From assembly GCF_006345805.1 (NCBI RefSeq), contig NC_043013.1, positions 28,892,001 through 28,956,000 on the forward strand: a stretch of DNA of 64,000 bases, written 5' to 3'. The notes under the pieces are model-generated. The model was not told the origin of the DNA. It worked only from the letters and a program-made list of their open reading frames with translations, and searched no databases. Source of the stretch: Octopus sinensis (Eukaryota). Each line of letters starts with the position of its first letter. Positions within the stretch are counted from its first letter, which is position 1. A program made the translations under genes and the position numbers. Below, piece after piece: positions 25,058 to 37,020 of this stretch.

Positions 25058-26560
25058 CATCATCATCATCATTGTTCGACCGTGGTCGAGACAATGGAAT
25101 TTACCATGCTACGCCAGACTTCACGGTCCATCATGGCATTATGGAGGTCCTGTTGCTGGATGCCTGTATCCCTGGAGATTACATCAGGGTAGGAGAGTGT
25201 GCACCCTCTGGTATTGCGAGTAGATGGCTTCCAGAGGAGAAGAGTAGAAATTACTTCTTTTTCAGCTCTACAACAATGTCCAGCAAACTGGACTCTCCTA
25301 CCTTTCACAAGAGATGACACAGGTGGTAGTTTCCCATATATTTGCATTTTGGTTGGATGGCGCTTCCACGAGAGATTTTGAGCTCTCATAAGGAGGCGAG
25401 TGTAGGTTCCATCCAACCGCCTCTCAAGCTTCTTTGATAACGTCCAGATTTCTGAGCCATATAGTAGAATTGGTTCGACTGTGGCTTTGAATATTTCAAG
25501 TTTGAAGTCTCTACTTAGATTTGATGACCAGATCTTATGCATGTCATTTACAGGCTGACCAGGCCATACCCTTTCTAGTTAGAAAGTATTTTCCAGATGA
25601 TGATATGTATGACCCAAGATATTTATAATCAGAACCATATTTAAGGGCGCATTGTTGAGAGTATGGATGATGCAATCACTGTTGGACAGGCACTTGTTTA
25701 TGTATTCAGTTTTGGCCTCATTGAGGTAAAGACCTACACAATTTGAGGCTTGTTCAAGAGATTGTAAAAGAGACTGGGCATTGGAGAGAGAATCACTGAT
25801 AAGAGCGATGTTGTCAGCAAAGTCAATGTCTGTCAAGTACTCAGCTGGGTGTCTGGAACTTCTTCTTGGTTTTATTTCAAAGCCCTTGCCAGAGATGGTA
25901 TCAACTGACATACGTAGCACATAATCAACAACAATGATGAAAAGAAATGGGGCGAGTGTGTCTCCCTGCAGTATTCCGGCTTTGATTGAGAAAGATGATG
26001 TTTCTCCATCAGGGGTTAAGATGGTTGAAGACGTATCTCTGTAGAGGACCTTGATGGCAGAAATGATTTTGTCTAGTATCCCATAGAGCTTAAGGATTTC
26101 AAACATCTTGTACCTATCTACAGAATCGAACGCTTTAGAAAAGTCTACAAATACCATTGCAAGATCGCGATTAAATGCTTTTTGATTCTTCAATAAGTCT
26201 GCATAGGCATAGTATCTGGCTCAGCATTGAGCGCCCATGTCTGAATCCATTTTGGTTCTTTCGGACAAGACGATTTAGGATCAGTTTGTTGTACAGTTTT
26301 GCAGCAATTGACATTAGAGATATACCCCTGTAGTTGGTGACGAGGGACAAATCGCCTTTTTTGGGTATTGGAATGATTTGAGATTGGTGCCAAATCTTTG
26401 GAGCAACAAAGGTGGAAAGTGTGTGGTTGCAGAGGTTGAGCAAAAGTGTGTGAAATCTATCATCCTTCCAAATTACAGCTGGGATGTTGTCGGGACCAAA
26501 TGCTTTTGAGGCTTTTAGTTGCTTGGTGGCTGCTGTTAGTTCAAATATGGTAAAAGGGTT
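25058..26560 (-). mobile_element. RTE-clade LINE, 5'-truncated and frameshifted (RT and C-terminus)
   Basis: KAFGPDNIP, IPIPKKGD, NYRGISL, FVDFSKAFDSV, GILQGDTLAP, DFADNI, LLYGSEIW, QFAGH. The stop is followed directly by a (TGA)n tail. Confidence 0.88.
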
Positions 26561-26781
26561 CCATAATAGCTTGGTGACAAGCATACATTGCCCAAAGAGA
26601 AGCAGGAGGTTTGTCAAAAGTATATTTGATATGATAATGGCACATTTACTCTGATCCCAAACCTTGAGAAAAAGGTTTGGAATGTGGACAATGAGTGAAA
26701 GGAGAAAGAACTACCCCATGTATACTCAACTGAAGGGTCAGCTATTGAAGTAGACAGGTATATGGTCAAAATGGCAATCAA

Positions 26782-27102
26782 CACATAAAGTGCGATGGGC
26801 CACGATTGTGGCTGTCAGACACAGGTCGACAGGCCACGATTGTGGCTCAGATAGATGCATTTAATTTATGAGCATTTGTTGGGGTCTAATGTCACTCAAA
26901 TGCTCCGAAACCTCCCAGAATGCAGGAGGACTAATAGTTCAACTAATGACTTTTCAGATGATGTAAAACTTGCCACTATTATATACTAAGAAGATATTTT
27001 AAAACTATTTTTTGTTTTTTTATGTGTGCATAGTAGTCTCATTTTCATAAAATGTGCCCAGCTGTCCATGCTATGTAAATGCAAATCCCAGCGCTTTATG
27101 GG
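26782..27102. mobile_element. piggyBac-like MITE inserted in the old RTE
   Basis: TCAA/TTAA flanks; TIR CACATAAAGTGC / GCGCTTTATGGG. Removing it restores the RTE reading AIKDMK. Confidence 0.7.
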
Positions 27103-27318
27103 TTAAGGATATGAAGATGTGGAAAGCAGCAGATCCATCAGGTATATGTGCTGAGGTGCTGAATATATCTAATGAAGTCAGGCTCAAGCTAGTAACTCAC
27201 ATAATCAACCAAGTAATACAAGTTGGTGTCACACTCAATAATTAGTGTAGCTGATGGCATTTCCAATTGCTACAAGGGACAAAAGCAACTAGAGGTATAA
27301 AATATTAGGAAGGGAATT

Positions 27319-28086
27319 CAGTGGAGGTAAAGATCATGGACCGCACCCTCCCTTTGGGATTTTTTGGATTTTTTTTTTTTTTCACAGGAACACACTATAT
27401 CGAAGGCGGGGATTCCAAATCTGCCAAAAAATTTGCAAAATTTAAATTCCCCACTCCCCAATTTCTTAAATTTTTCACTTTAAAAGAAAAAAAAATTTTT
27501 TGTTTTGGTGAAATACATAGAAAAATAGGTGAGATTATGATTCTGAAAAATAATTTTGTAAAATTGCAATTTTCTCCCCACAAAATAAATAAACACCCTC
27601 TCCCCTCCACCCTATGGCAAGAAGTGAAATTAAAGTGTTTTCTCTACTAATGTTTCACACATGCAAAGAATTATAAAATAGCAGATGCAAAAAAGTATAT
27701 AAACAGAAAACCTGACATGTGAGAAATATGTTTTAAAAATTTTAATATGAATTACCGAAGAAGAAAAGATTTCAAAATTTAAATCCACCCCACCACCTCC
27801 AAAAAAAAAATTTCTTCATTTTTCACTTATTTTAAAAATATTTTTTTGGCGAAATACCTAGAAAAATACAGAGATTATGATTCTGAAAAAAATTGTTTGT
27901 AAAATTTCAATTAAAAAAAAAATAAATAAACAAACACCCCTCCCCTCCACCCTATGACAGAAAGTGAAATTTCCCCCACCCCGTTTTTTTTTTGCTAGAT
28001 TCATAATCTCCGCCCTCGATATAGTGTGTTCCTGTAAAAAAAAAAAATCACAAAGTGGGTGCAGTCCATGATCTTTACCTCTGCTA
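27319..28086. mobile_element. Non-autonomous DNA transposon with about 110-bp imperfect TIRs and an internal 200-bp direct repeat
   Basis: gaggtaaagatcatggac...acaggaacacactatatcga versus tcgatatagtgtgttcctgt...gtccatgatctttacctc. Internal repeat at about 27440-27635 and 27775-27975. TSD not resolved. Confidence 0.8.
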
Positions 28087-29131
28087 AAAATTCACTCTAA
28101 TGAAATGCAGTTCAGTTTTATCCTAGGTCAGAATACTATTCGTGTTGTTTTCATAGAGAGGCAACTGTAAAAGTGATTTTTAGCTAAGAGTAATCCTTTC
28201 TATCTAATATTTGTTGACCTGGCAAAGGCCATTGACAGGGTGCTACAGTCTTAGTTTTGTACTCATTAAGAAATCTAAGTAGAGATGAATGACTTGTGAA
28301 AGCAATATTAGCGATGTACAGAGATGTATTTGGTGAAGTGAGAGCTGACAATGGATTCATTGAGGAATTTAGCATGGCAGTAGGAGTTCAAAACTCAGTT
28401 TTCAACCCCATTCCAATAAATTATAGTTCTTTGAGTTATGACAGAAGAGTTTAAGATTGGTTGTCAGTGAGAACTTCTTTAAGCTGATGATCTAATACTT
28501 ATTAGCAGAGTCTGTGGAAGACTAAAAAATGATATTCCATATGTGGAACCAAAACCTACAATTGAGTGGCCTCGGAGAAAACTTGAAGATTAAATTTTTG
28601 AAGTAAGACAGAAAGAAGACAAAGGTGTGCAATCATAAGGGTAATGACTGCCATTGATATGCAGAAAAGTAGGAGATAAGCACTCCATTCAGTGGACATA
28701 GTGTGATGTATGTGATCATGAGTGTATCAGGATCATGGCCAGGCTGACAGTGAATAAAGTTTTTGCATAGGGAGATACTGGAGGAGTTGGCAGTTAGAGC
28801 AGTTCTATAATAAATTCTATTCATGGTTCAGAAAACTCTATAGAAGTAGTTGGTAGCTTCTGTTACCTGGGTAAACTAATCAGCTGTGGAAGAGGGTACT
28901 CTGAAAGTATAGCAATCAGAACAGTTTCAAAAATATTCAGTGAGCCATTACGTCTCTGGATAACAGAAAAATTCTCTCTTTGAGCAAAAAATGGATTGTA
29001 CGTTGCTCATGAAATGCAGTGCTTGCAAAGTAGTGGGATGTGGGCATTGAATACAGAGGATGTGTAAAAGATGGAGACAGATGAAGCAAACATGCTCCAC
29101 AGGATGAGTAATGTTAGAATGCATTAAAAGA

Positions 29132-30160
29132 GTTCTATATCTAAGAGATGAGGAATTATGTACATTATTTACATTTGATGGATATTTGTCCTCATCTTGT
29201 TTGTTGTTAACATGTTTCAGCTGATATATCCTCCAGTCTTCATCAGGTGTCTTGGGGAAATTTCGAACCTGGGTTCTCGTTCCTAAGGTATTTTTCGATG
29301 ATATCATCATTATTATTATTATTATTATTATTATTTCCTCTTTATTTTTATAGCGTGCTTTCACTTCACTACCGAGCGCAGCTCTGTGTGCCTTGGGTAT
29401 GTGCTGTGATTTGTTGTGATGCTCTGATGGTTATTGTATGGAAAGTGTTCTGCGTAGGATGTGTGCAGTGCCTAGTAGTGCAATTTTCTGTATGTTATAT
29501 GTGTTTGTAAGTCCTGATGTTTTTGTTATGTATTTGTCTGAATATTTTTTTATCATGCCTAATGCACCTACTATGATAGGAATTGTTTCTGTTTTCAGAT
29601 TCCACATTCTAGTTACCACTATTTCCAGGTCTTTGTATTTTGAGAGTTTCTCCATTTCTTTTAGAGACACGTTGTCATCAGCCGGTATTGATACATCAAT
29701 TAGAAAGCATTTTTTTTCTTCATGGTCTCTGACAAACTATATCTGGTCTGTTGGCCTTAATTTCTCTGTCTGTGTGTATCGGCATATCCCAGAGTATGGT
29801 TGCTTTCTCGTTTTCTGTGACCTTTTCTGGTGTGTGCCTATACCATCTTTTTTCTGTTGTTATTCCATAATGTTGGCATAGCTTCCAATGTATGTAGGTT
29901 CCAACTCTGTCATGTCTGTGAATATATTCCTTCTTAGCCAGGACTGGGCAGCTAGAGATAATATGATTTATTGTTTCTTGTCCATCTCCACATATTCTGC
30001 AGTTACTTGTAATATTTCTTTTCATTACAAGTTTTTGGTAATTTCTGGTGGGGAGGCTTTGGTCTTGTGCTGCAATTAAAAATCCCCCTGTTTCTGCTTT
30101 GAGTCCTGAGCTTCTCAACCATTGCTGGGATTTTTCTTTGTCTATTTCTTTTGCGTTTAG

Positions 30161-30195
<35 letters not shown>

Positions 30196-30270
30196 TAATA
30201 TTATTATTCAGGTCACTGCCTGGAATCAAATTCGGAATTTTGGGGTTAGTAGCCCACGTTCTTAACCACT
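29132..30270 (-). mobile_element. Second, inverted copy of the tRNA+HHR element, split by the R4/Dong insertion
   Basis: Head 30209-30270 is the reverse complement of about 30425-30487. Tail 29132-29300 is the reverse complement of about 30520-30666 and extends a little further. Its HHR (29209-29251) is damaged at the cleavage site. Confidence 0.8.
29336..30161 (-). mobile_element. 3' fragment of an R4/Dong-clade non-LTR retrotransposon (CCHC knuckle + restriction-like endonuclease)
   Basis: AETGGFLIAAQDQ, CRICGDGQETINHIISSC, RHD, RPDIV..IDVSIP..EKLSKYKDL, PIIVGALG, TAHILRRTL. Flanked on both sides by (TAA/ATT)n. Confidence 0.88.
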
Positions 30271-30412
30271 TCTTTACTTAGGAAAATAACCAGAGATGAT
30301 GAAAGAAAGATAATCCAATAAGATCTAGAAAAGTCATACATGAAAGAATTTGAAAAGGTGAAGACACGCCAGATTAAGAAGATTATGAAATTCAAAGGTC
30401 AGAGAAGCCCAC

Positions 30413-30666
30413 GGGCATATGGCATAGTGGTTAAGAGCGTGGGCTACTAACCCCAAAATTCTGAGATTGATTCCAGGCAGTGACCTAAATAATAATAATG
30501 ATAATAATAACAACAACAACATCGAAAAGTATCTCAGGGATGAGAACCCAGGTTCGACATTTCTTTAAGACACCTGATGAAGGCTGGAGGGTATATCAGC
30601 TGAAACGTTGTGTTAATAACAAACAAGAAGAGGACAAATATCTGTCAGTTGTAAATAATGTGCATT
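30413..30666 (+). mobile_element. tRNA-headed SINE-like element with a hammerhead-containing Penelope-like tail
   Basis: A-box TGGCATAGTGG (30420-30430), anticodon-like arm GGG-CTACTAA-CCC, degenerate B-box GATTGATTCC (30465-30474), (AAT/AAC)n linker, then a tail containing the HHR motif. Confidence 0.75.
30569..30614 (+). ncRNA. Minimal type I hammerhead ribozyme motif
   Basis: Stem I GACAC/GTGTT; core CTGATGA (30574-30580) plus an extra A; stem II GGCTG/CAGCT with a 10-nt loop; GAAA (30602-30605); palindromic ACGT in place of stem III; GUU cleavage triplet ending at 30609. Confidence 0.75.
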
Positions 30667-31061
30667 ATAAAGGAGTCTAAAGAAACTAGGTAGAAGAGGA
30701 ACCAGATATAGTGTGCAAGAACGAATACAACATTGGTGCAGACATGAGATGCAGATGGATAATAAACAGCTGGGGAAAGAAGCAGCAGGAGATCCAGATG
30801 GAAGGAAATTATGGAAGAAGAAAATCATGGAGCATAAGGGGCAGAAGTGGTGAAAGCGGATCTCTTCACCAGATACAAAGGAATGCAACAAATAGCTAAG
30901 AGACTATAGGAAGGACCTGTCAATCACTTGCAAATATGAGAAAGCAGACATAAAAATTATGGTGAGAGGGTCACACACACCAGTGAAATACTGGGGGGGG
31001 GGCATGTAATCAACTAAACCTTCACCCCCAAATTTCAGGCCTTTTGCCTATAGTAGAAAGG

Positions 31062-31096
<35 letters not shown>

Positions 31097-31580
31097 CATT
31101 ATTATTATTATTATTCACTCCTGACATTCACAATTCTTTTTAAGGCGGTGAGCTGGCAGAATTGTTAGCACGCCAGATGAAATGCTTAGCGGTATTTCAT
31201 CTGTCTTTACGTTCTGAGTTCAAATTCCACCAAGGTCAACTTTGCCTTTCATCCTTTCGGGGTCAGTAAATTAAGTACCAGTTGCATACTGGGCTCGATC
31301 TAATCAACTGGCCCACGCTCCCCCAAAATTTCAGGCCTTGTGCCTAGAGTAGAAAAGATTATTATTATTATTATTATTATTCACTCCTGACATTCACAAT
31401 TCTTTTTAAGGCAGCAAGCTGGCAGAATTGTTAGCATGCCAAGGGAAGCACTTAGCGGTATTTCATCTGCCATTACATTCTGAGTTCAAAGTCTGCCGGG
31501 CTCGACTTCGCCTTTCATCCTTTTGGGGTCGATTAAAACAAGTCCCCTAAATTTGAGGCCTAGTGCTTCCTGTAAAAAGG

Positions 31581-31631
<51 letters not shown>

Positions 31632-34600
31632 TTCTTCTCTAGGCACAAGGCCCGAAATTTTTGGGGAGGGAGCCACTCAATTAGATTGACCCCAGTATTC
31701 AACTGGTACTTAATTTATCAACCCCGAAAGGTTGAAAGGCAAAGTTGACCTTAGCAGAATTTGAACTCAGAACATAAAGACAGACGAAATACTGTTAAGC
31801 ATTTCACCCGGTGTGCTAATGTTCCTGCCAGCTCATCATCTTATTTTTATTATTATTATTATTATCATCATTATCATTATTGTTTTGACTTCTCAGAGTG
31901 CTTGATCTTCTTTGCTCTATTATTTTTACAATTATTATTATCCCTATTATTATTCTCATTTCCCTATTTTTTCCTCCCGTCAATCTTGGATGCCTTGTAA
32001 AAGGTCACAGGCACTACCCTTCATCTACTGACTAAGCCATACAAAAATACAAATAGTAAAAAAAGAAAAGCAAAACACACACACACACACACAAGAAAAG
32101 CAGAAAGCAGCAAGTAAGCATTTATATATTAAAGTACATAGAAAGGATCAATGGTAGGTTGTTACTAAGATATAAGCAAGATTTTACTGTTCATAGACTT
32201 ATTGATTCTGTTATTGATTATCTTATAATGCTAAATATTGCTCTCGTTTAATAAGAGGTTAAGGAAAATAATAATGATTTCTCATATTGGTATATAATTA
32301 CAAATTGGAGCAGTGATGAATAGTTTGAATTGTCACCTTTGTTTATTCCCCTACCACCATCTCAGCTCACTCCTGCCCTACCCTGGTCCACTTCCCAAAT
32401 AGACTTAATGAAACCCAATGGGATTCTATTGCAGAAGTCTTTCCTTTTACTTGTTTCAGTCACTGGACAGTGTCCTTTTGGGTCACTGCCTTGAAGGGTT
32501 TAGTCAAACAATTTGACAATTTTTTGTGTGCTTTTCTTTTTTACTATTTGTAAGGGCAGGTGCTGATGAAGGGCAGGTGCTTGTGACCTTTTACAAGGCT
32601 GGTACTAATTCCATCATTCTCTTTTGCAGAACCATTAAGTTATGGGGATGTAAACAAACCAACACTGGTTGTCAAGGTCTGAGGTGGGAACAAATAAACA
32701 AACACAGACACACACACACAAATAAATAATGGGCTTCTTTACAATTTCTGTCGATGAAATCCACTGATAGGGCATTGGTCAGCCAGGTGCAACAGAAGAC
32801 AACACTTGTACAGAGTGCTGTACAGTGGGACTGAACTTGAAACCATGTGGTTGCAAAGTGATTTCCTTACCCACACAACTATGCCTGCATCTATAGAAAC
32901 ACAAGCTATTAATATATTGTTGTTAAGTGCATTTATTAGTTTGGCCTTCTTCCACTTCTGCTATGATCTGTAATTTTGTCACACGATCAGTTACTTTGTC
33001 ACATGATAAGTAAGCTTCCAGATGATCCAATCAGTAACTAGACTTTGAGATTCAAGGCTACATTCAAGACATAGAACGATAAAGGTAATATCTAGTAGGC
33101 AATGTGATCCTCCTAATTATTTTGAAAATTCTGCCTTTCTTGGCAAAAAAAGTGTGCACCCATACAAGTAACTATCCCGCAAATTCTTCCAATTTTGAAA
33201 AAGAAAAGGGGTGGGGGAAAGAATTTGATTCCATCTTAAAATCTTGTAATCTTGTCCTCAGTTTTATCCTTGTGTGCTAGCAGAAACAAGTGCACAGCTT
33301 AGGGAACACTGCTAGTCAGTATTGTGTCTGACTCTACATAGTGTCTGCTGCTCTGTTACTGTGTTCCTCCCTTTTTCTTTTGAATAAGATGCAGCAAGAT
33401 TAATATGTAGTATTGCTAAGAGGCAATGGTGGCTTGTAGATAAAATTAGTAGGGGTGCTGCTCCAGAAAATTTCTAGCCATTGTTTTAATATTGTATAAA
33501 AGGAAACAAACATATAAAAAGAAAATTTATACATAAACTTGATCAGTTCACTTTTTAGCCACTGTTGGGTAGTGTGTTTAATTTATTCAATGAACACTGC
33601 TGTGAATTCCCTCGTGTTTTTCAAAAATCCCCCACCAAATCACAAAATAAGCGGGAGATACCCTATTTTTCAACTCCTAGCAGCAACACTGAAGCTGGAA
33701 GTAGGATAATAATCTAATTCTACATTTTATCACATTCAAGAAAATAAACACATTTTTAAGCATAACAAATGTGGAGTCGAAAAGAGACACTACCTTTCAC
33801 CAGAACAGTGGGGTCGGCACTGTCATTCATGTGGTACTCTCTCTCCCTAGCATGAAGCTTCCTATCATGGACATGTGAGCATGCACACAACAGCCAAATA
33901 CCGCATCACTGGAACTGTGAAGTACACAGTTCTATACAAGGATTTTTTTTTTTTTTTTCATAAATTAGGGGATGGCTACTAACATAATCTTTACAAAACC
34001 TGTTTTCCATATTTTAAGCCCCCAAAATTAAGGGGTTCCTTATACATGTTAAAATACAGTAATTATCAAGGGCTAGAATGAAAATCTCTGTACAGGGTCC
34101 CAACACTGGTTGTCAAGCAGTGGGGGTGGGGGGGGACAAACACAGTCACAAAGACACACACGCATAGATATATACATACATACATAGAATTGAAAAAATA
34201 GAGTCAACAGGAAGTACAGTTAGACTGCTATTTAATAAACACTACACCTGTTTCTATACAACATAGATCCACATATACACAGGATTTAAATTAAGCAACG
34301 GTTTACCTGTATAATGGGATCCAGTTGTATCTCCTCAGATGACATACAATCACTGTCCCTGTTAGTAAACCTTTGACTTTGATGCTAACTCATCCAACTG
34401 ATGAATGCCTACACCTAGACTTGGAAATATAATGTAATACTACCGGCTATTTGGTCATTCTAAGGGTGAGCAACCTAACAGAATACACCTTAGATTACAT
34501 GCATAAATACAAATATACATATATGTCAAATGAATGTGTTATAAAACTGTTCCGTACATGCAATAACAGCCATACCAACATCCAACATATCTCCATCATC

Positions 34601-36296
34601 AGCTGCCCCACGGATATCACTATGGTTTTGACACCTGGACAGTGCTATTCAATCCGGCGGTGTCAACAGCACTAAAATAAATGTTGTTTGGGAACAAATA
34701 TACCTTAGATATCACCACATTCATTCAATCTTAATTCTAGGAAGGATTAATTACTAACATTATTAATTAAACCACAGCAAATAAACACATTTGCCCTATG
34801 TACAAAAACAGTATCGGTAAATAAATTCAATAAGTAAACCTATAACTAACTCCTGAATTATCTAACTAAATAGCAACCTAGCCCTTGAGGTCCATACAGA
34901 TAATATTCCCACCAGTTTTCTATAGTTATTAATATAAAAGTGAAAGCTTTTATATTCAATTCTTTCCAAAACATAACAAACTCAATTGAACTTAGCTTAA
35001 CAAATAATATAACTAACTCTGAGTGAATTACACTATTTCATAATCCAAAAGTTAATAATTAAAACACTGCATAGATATTAAATATTCATTATCCTTTTTA
35101 ATGTTAAACTTATATCAGTAACTTCAAAGATAATAATTAAATTCCCTTATAAATAGGAACTAATAAAAGAATACCTGTAATTAACAATTATTATAAAAAC
35201 CTTGTTACAATTAAAGCTAAATATAAAACTGGTTTAAAAGATAGTATAAAATATAAAATATTACTACTTACATGTCATCTGCAACCAGAAAGTTCAATCA
35301 ACTTAATTCTCTAAAGACTGTCTTAACTATTGATGACGTAGTGTGCAATTCATTACTTTTTCAATTGTTTTTCATAATTTTGGTGACGTAGTATGCAATT
35401 AAAGTGTCTTGTAAAAACACACACACAAAAAAACCCCCGCATACACACAGTGATTCGAACACGTACCTTCTATGTTATACCTGTTATACAAAGAGCGAAG
35501 ACTTGTTTTCAAAAGTGAGTGGATGGGAAGAAGTAGATTTTGTGTGTAGAGAGAGTGGGGAGACAGAGAGTGACACGATATTGTTGATATCGGAACAGCA
35601 AATAAAGGAGATGGAAGGGCCTGAGGAGGAATACGAACTGTGGAAGGTTAATGTAGGCAGGTGGAAGATTCCGCGCTTTACAAGGGCCAACAACAGAATC
35701 TCATGTAGACATTTTGGAGAACAGGATAAGGGAATCAAGTGGTGTTGCCTGATGGGGCAGGTAGCACCACTTTCATATTTCATTTCGTTCATTTCATAAT
35801 ATACTTTTTTTTATGTGTTATGTGTCCCCAACGTGTTGTAAGTCCTTTTTCTGTGTAGCCTTTTATGGGTAATAAAGTAAGTTAGACTGACTTGTAAACG
35901 TCCAGGCGTTTCCAAATATTTAGTAAGAGGAAGGCTGGATATAACACCATATTTATTTAAAATTTCCAGTCTCCCACCTAAACATCAATTAAACGTTTTA
36001 ACTAATCTACCATATCTATACCCTTGATTTATTAAATGTCTTAGTTTATTTATTCTTCCATATATATATATATACATATATATACATATATATATACACA
36101 CACACTTACATAGGCGTGGCTGTGTGGTAAGAAGCTTGCTTCTGAACCACATAGTTCTAGGTCCAATCTCACTGCATGGTAACATGGGCAAAAGCCTTCT
36201 ACTATAGTATCGGGCCAACCAAATCCTTGTGTGTGAATTTGGTAGCTGGAACTGAAAAGAAACCCATCATTTATGTGTGTGTGTGTGTGTGTGTGT

Positions 36297-36338
<42 letters not shown>

Positions 36339-36399
36339 TATATTATATTATATTATGTTATATTATATTATTATTTGTATATGCTTTTTAAGTAAAAAT

Positions 36400-37020
36400 A
36401 AGTTCATAAATATTCAACATTCTTCTTTATCGTAATCATGAAAACGACTTCCAATAATCAAATTTTTTCAGCATATTTTGTAAGAGTGCCATTAACCTCT
36501 CCACACTCACTTTGCTCTTCTTTTAAAGGCAGTATCTGGTTCAAACTTTCATTTTCTAGCTGAAAGACGAGTAGTTTTAATTTCATCTTGAATGCATCAA
36601 TAATATTTAATAAGAACAATTTATTCTTGCCCTGCAGTTTTAGATTTTAGATCTATGAGATAACTGGTTATATCAACTAAAAATATTAAATCAAATAGCC
36701 ATTTGTTATTACATCAAAAGGTTCTTTCTCCAGGCAGTTCATTTTTTTCCCCTCTCTTCTGGAAAATTATGAACACTGTTTTCCAATACCAAATCTAAGA
36801 ATTTTTTTCTTTTGAAAGCTAATGCACCAAACAATAGAGGTCAAGATTGTAGTAATTCCAAATCTAATATTTTGTATCATTCTCTGCATTCCTTCCTGAT
36901 TAGTACTCTGACTAATTTCAGTTATGTATTTCACAACTGTTGATATGGCATACTTTTCCAAAGTTTTTCAAAACAACAATTCTTGGTATCTAAGTCACAA
37001 TGGCGTTACTGATTATCAGC
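36400..37020 (-). pseudogene. Decayed hAT transposase fragment (Charlie/SPIN/GTF2IRD2-like)
   Basis: Minus strand: DLYCLVH*LSKEK (decayed VRWLS motif), KWLFDLIFLVDITSYL, LKLQGKNKL, IDAFKMKLKLL, with stops and frameshifts. Confidence 0.75.

Larger units (their letters stand above)
26580..30965 (+). pseudogene. Old, heavily decayed RTE-clade LINE interrupted by nested insertions
   Basis: Fragments in order: NVDNE*KEKELP..EGSAIEVD..MAI / KDMKMWKAADPSGICAEVL / RGIKIL / NEMQFSF..FVDLAKAIDR / ELL*ADDL / EVVGSFCYLG / RYSVQER, then a decayed RTE-type 3' tail near 30915-30965. The 5' boundary is approximate. Confidence 0.8.

Noticed and set aside
35404-35799. 131-aa ORF as a host exon
   Set aside because: No homology or splice signals recognised; it ends in a retroelement-like tail.
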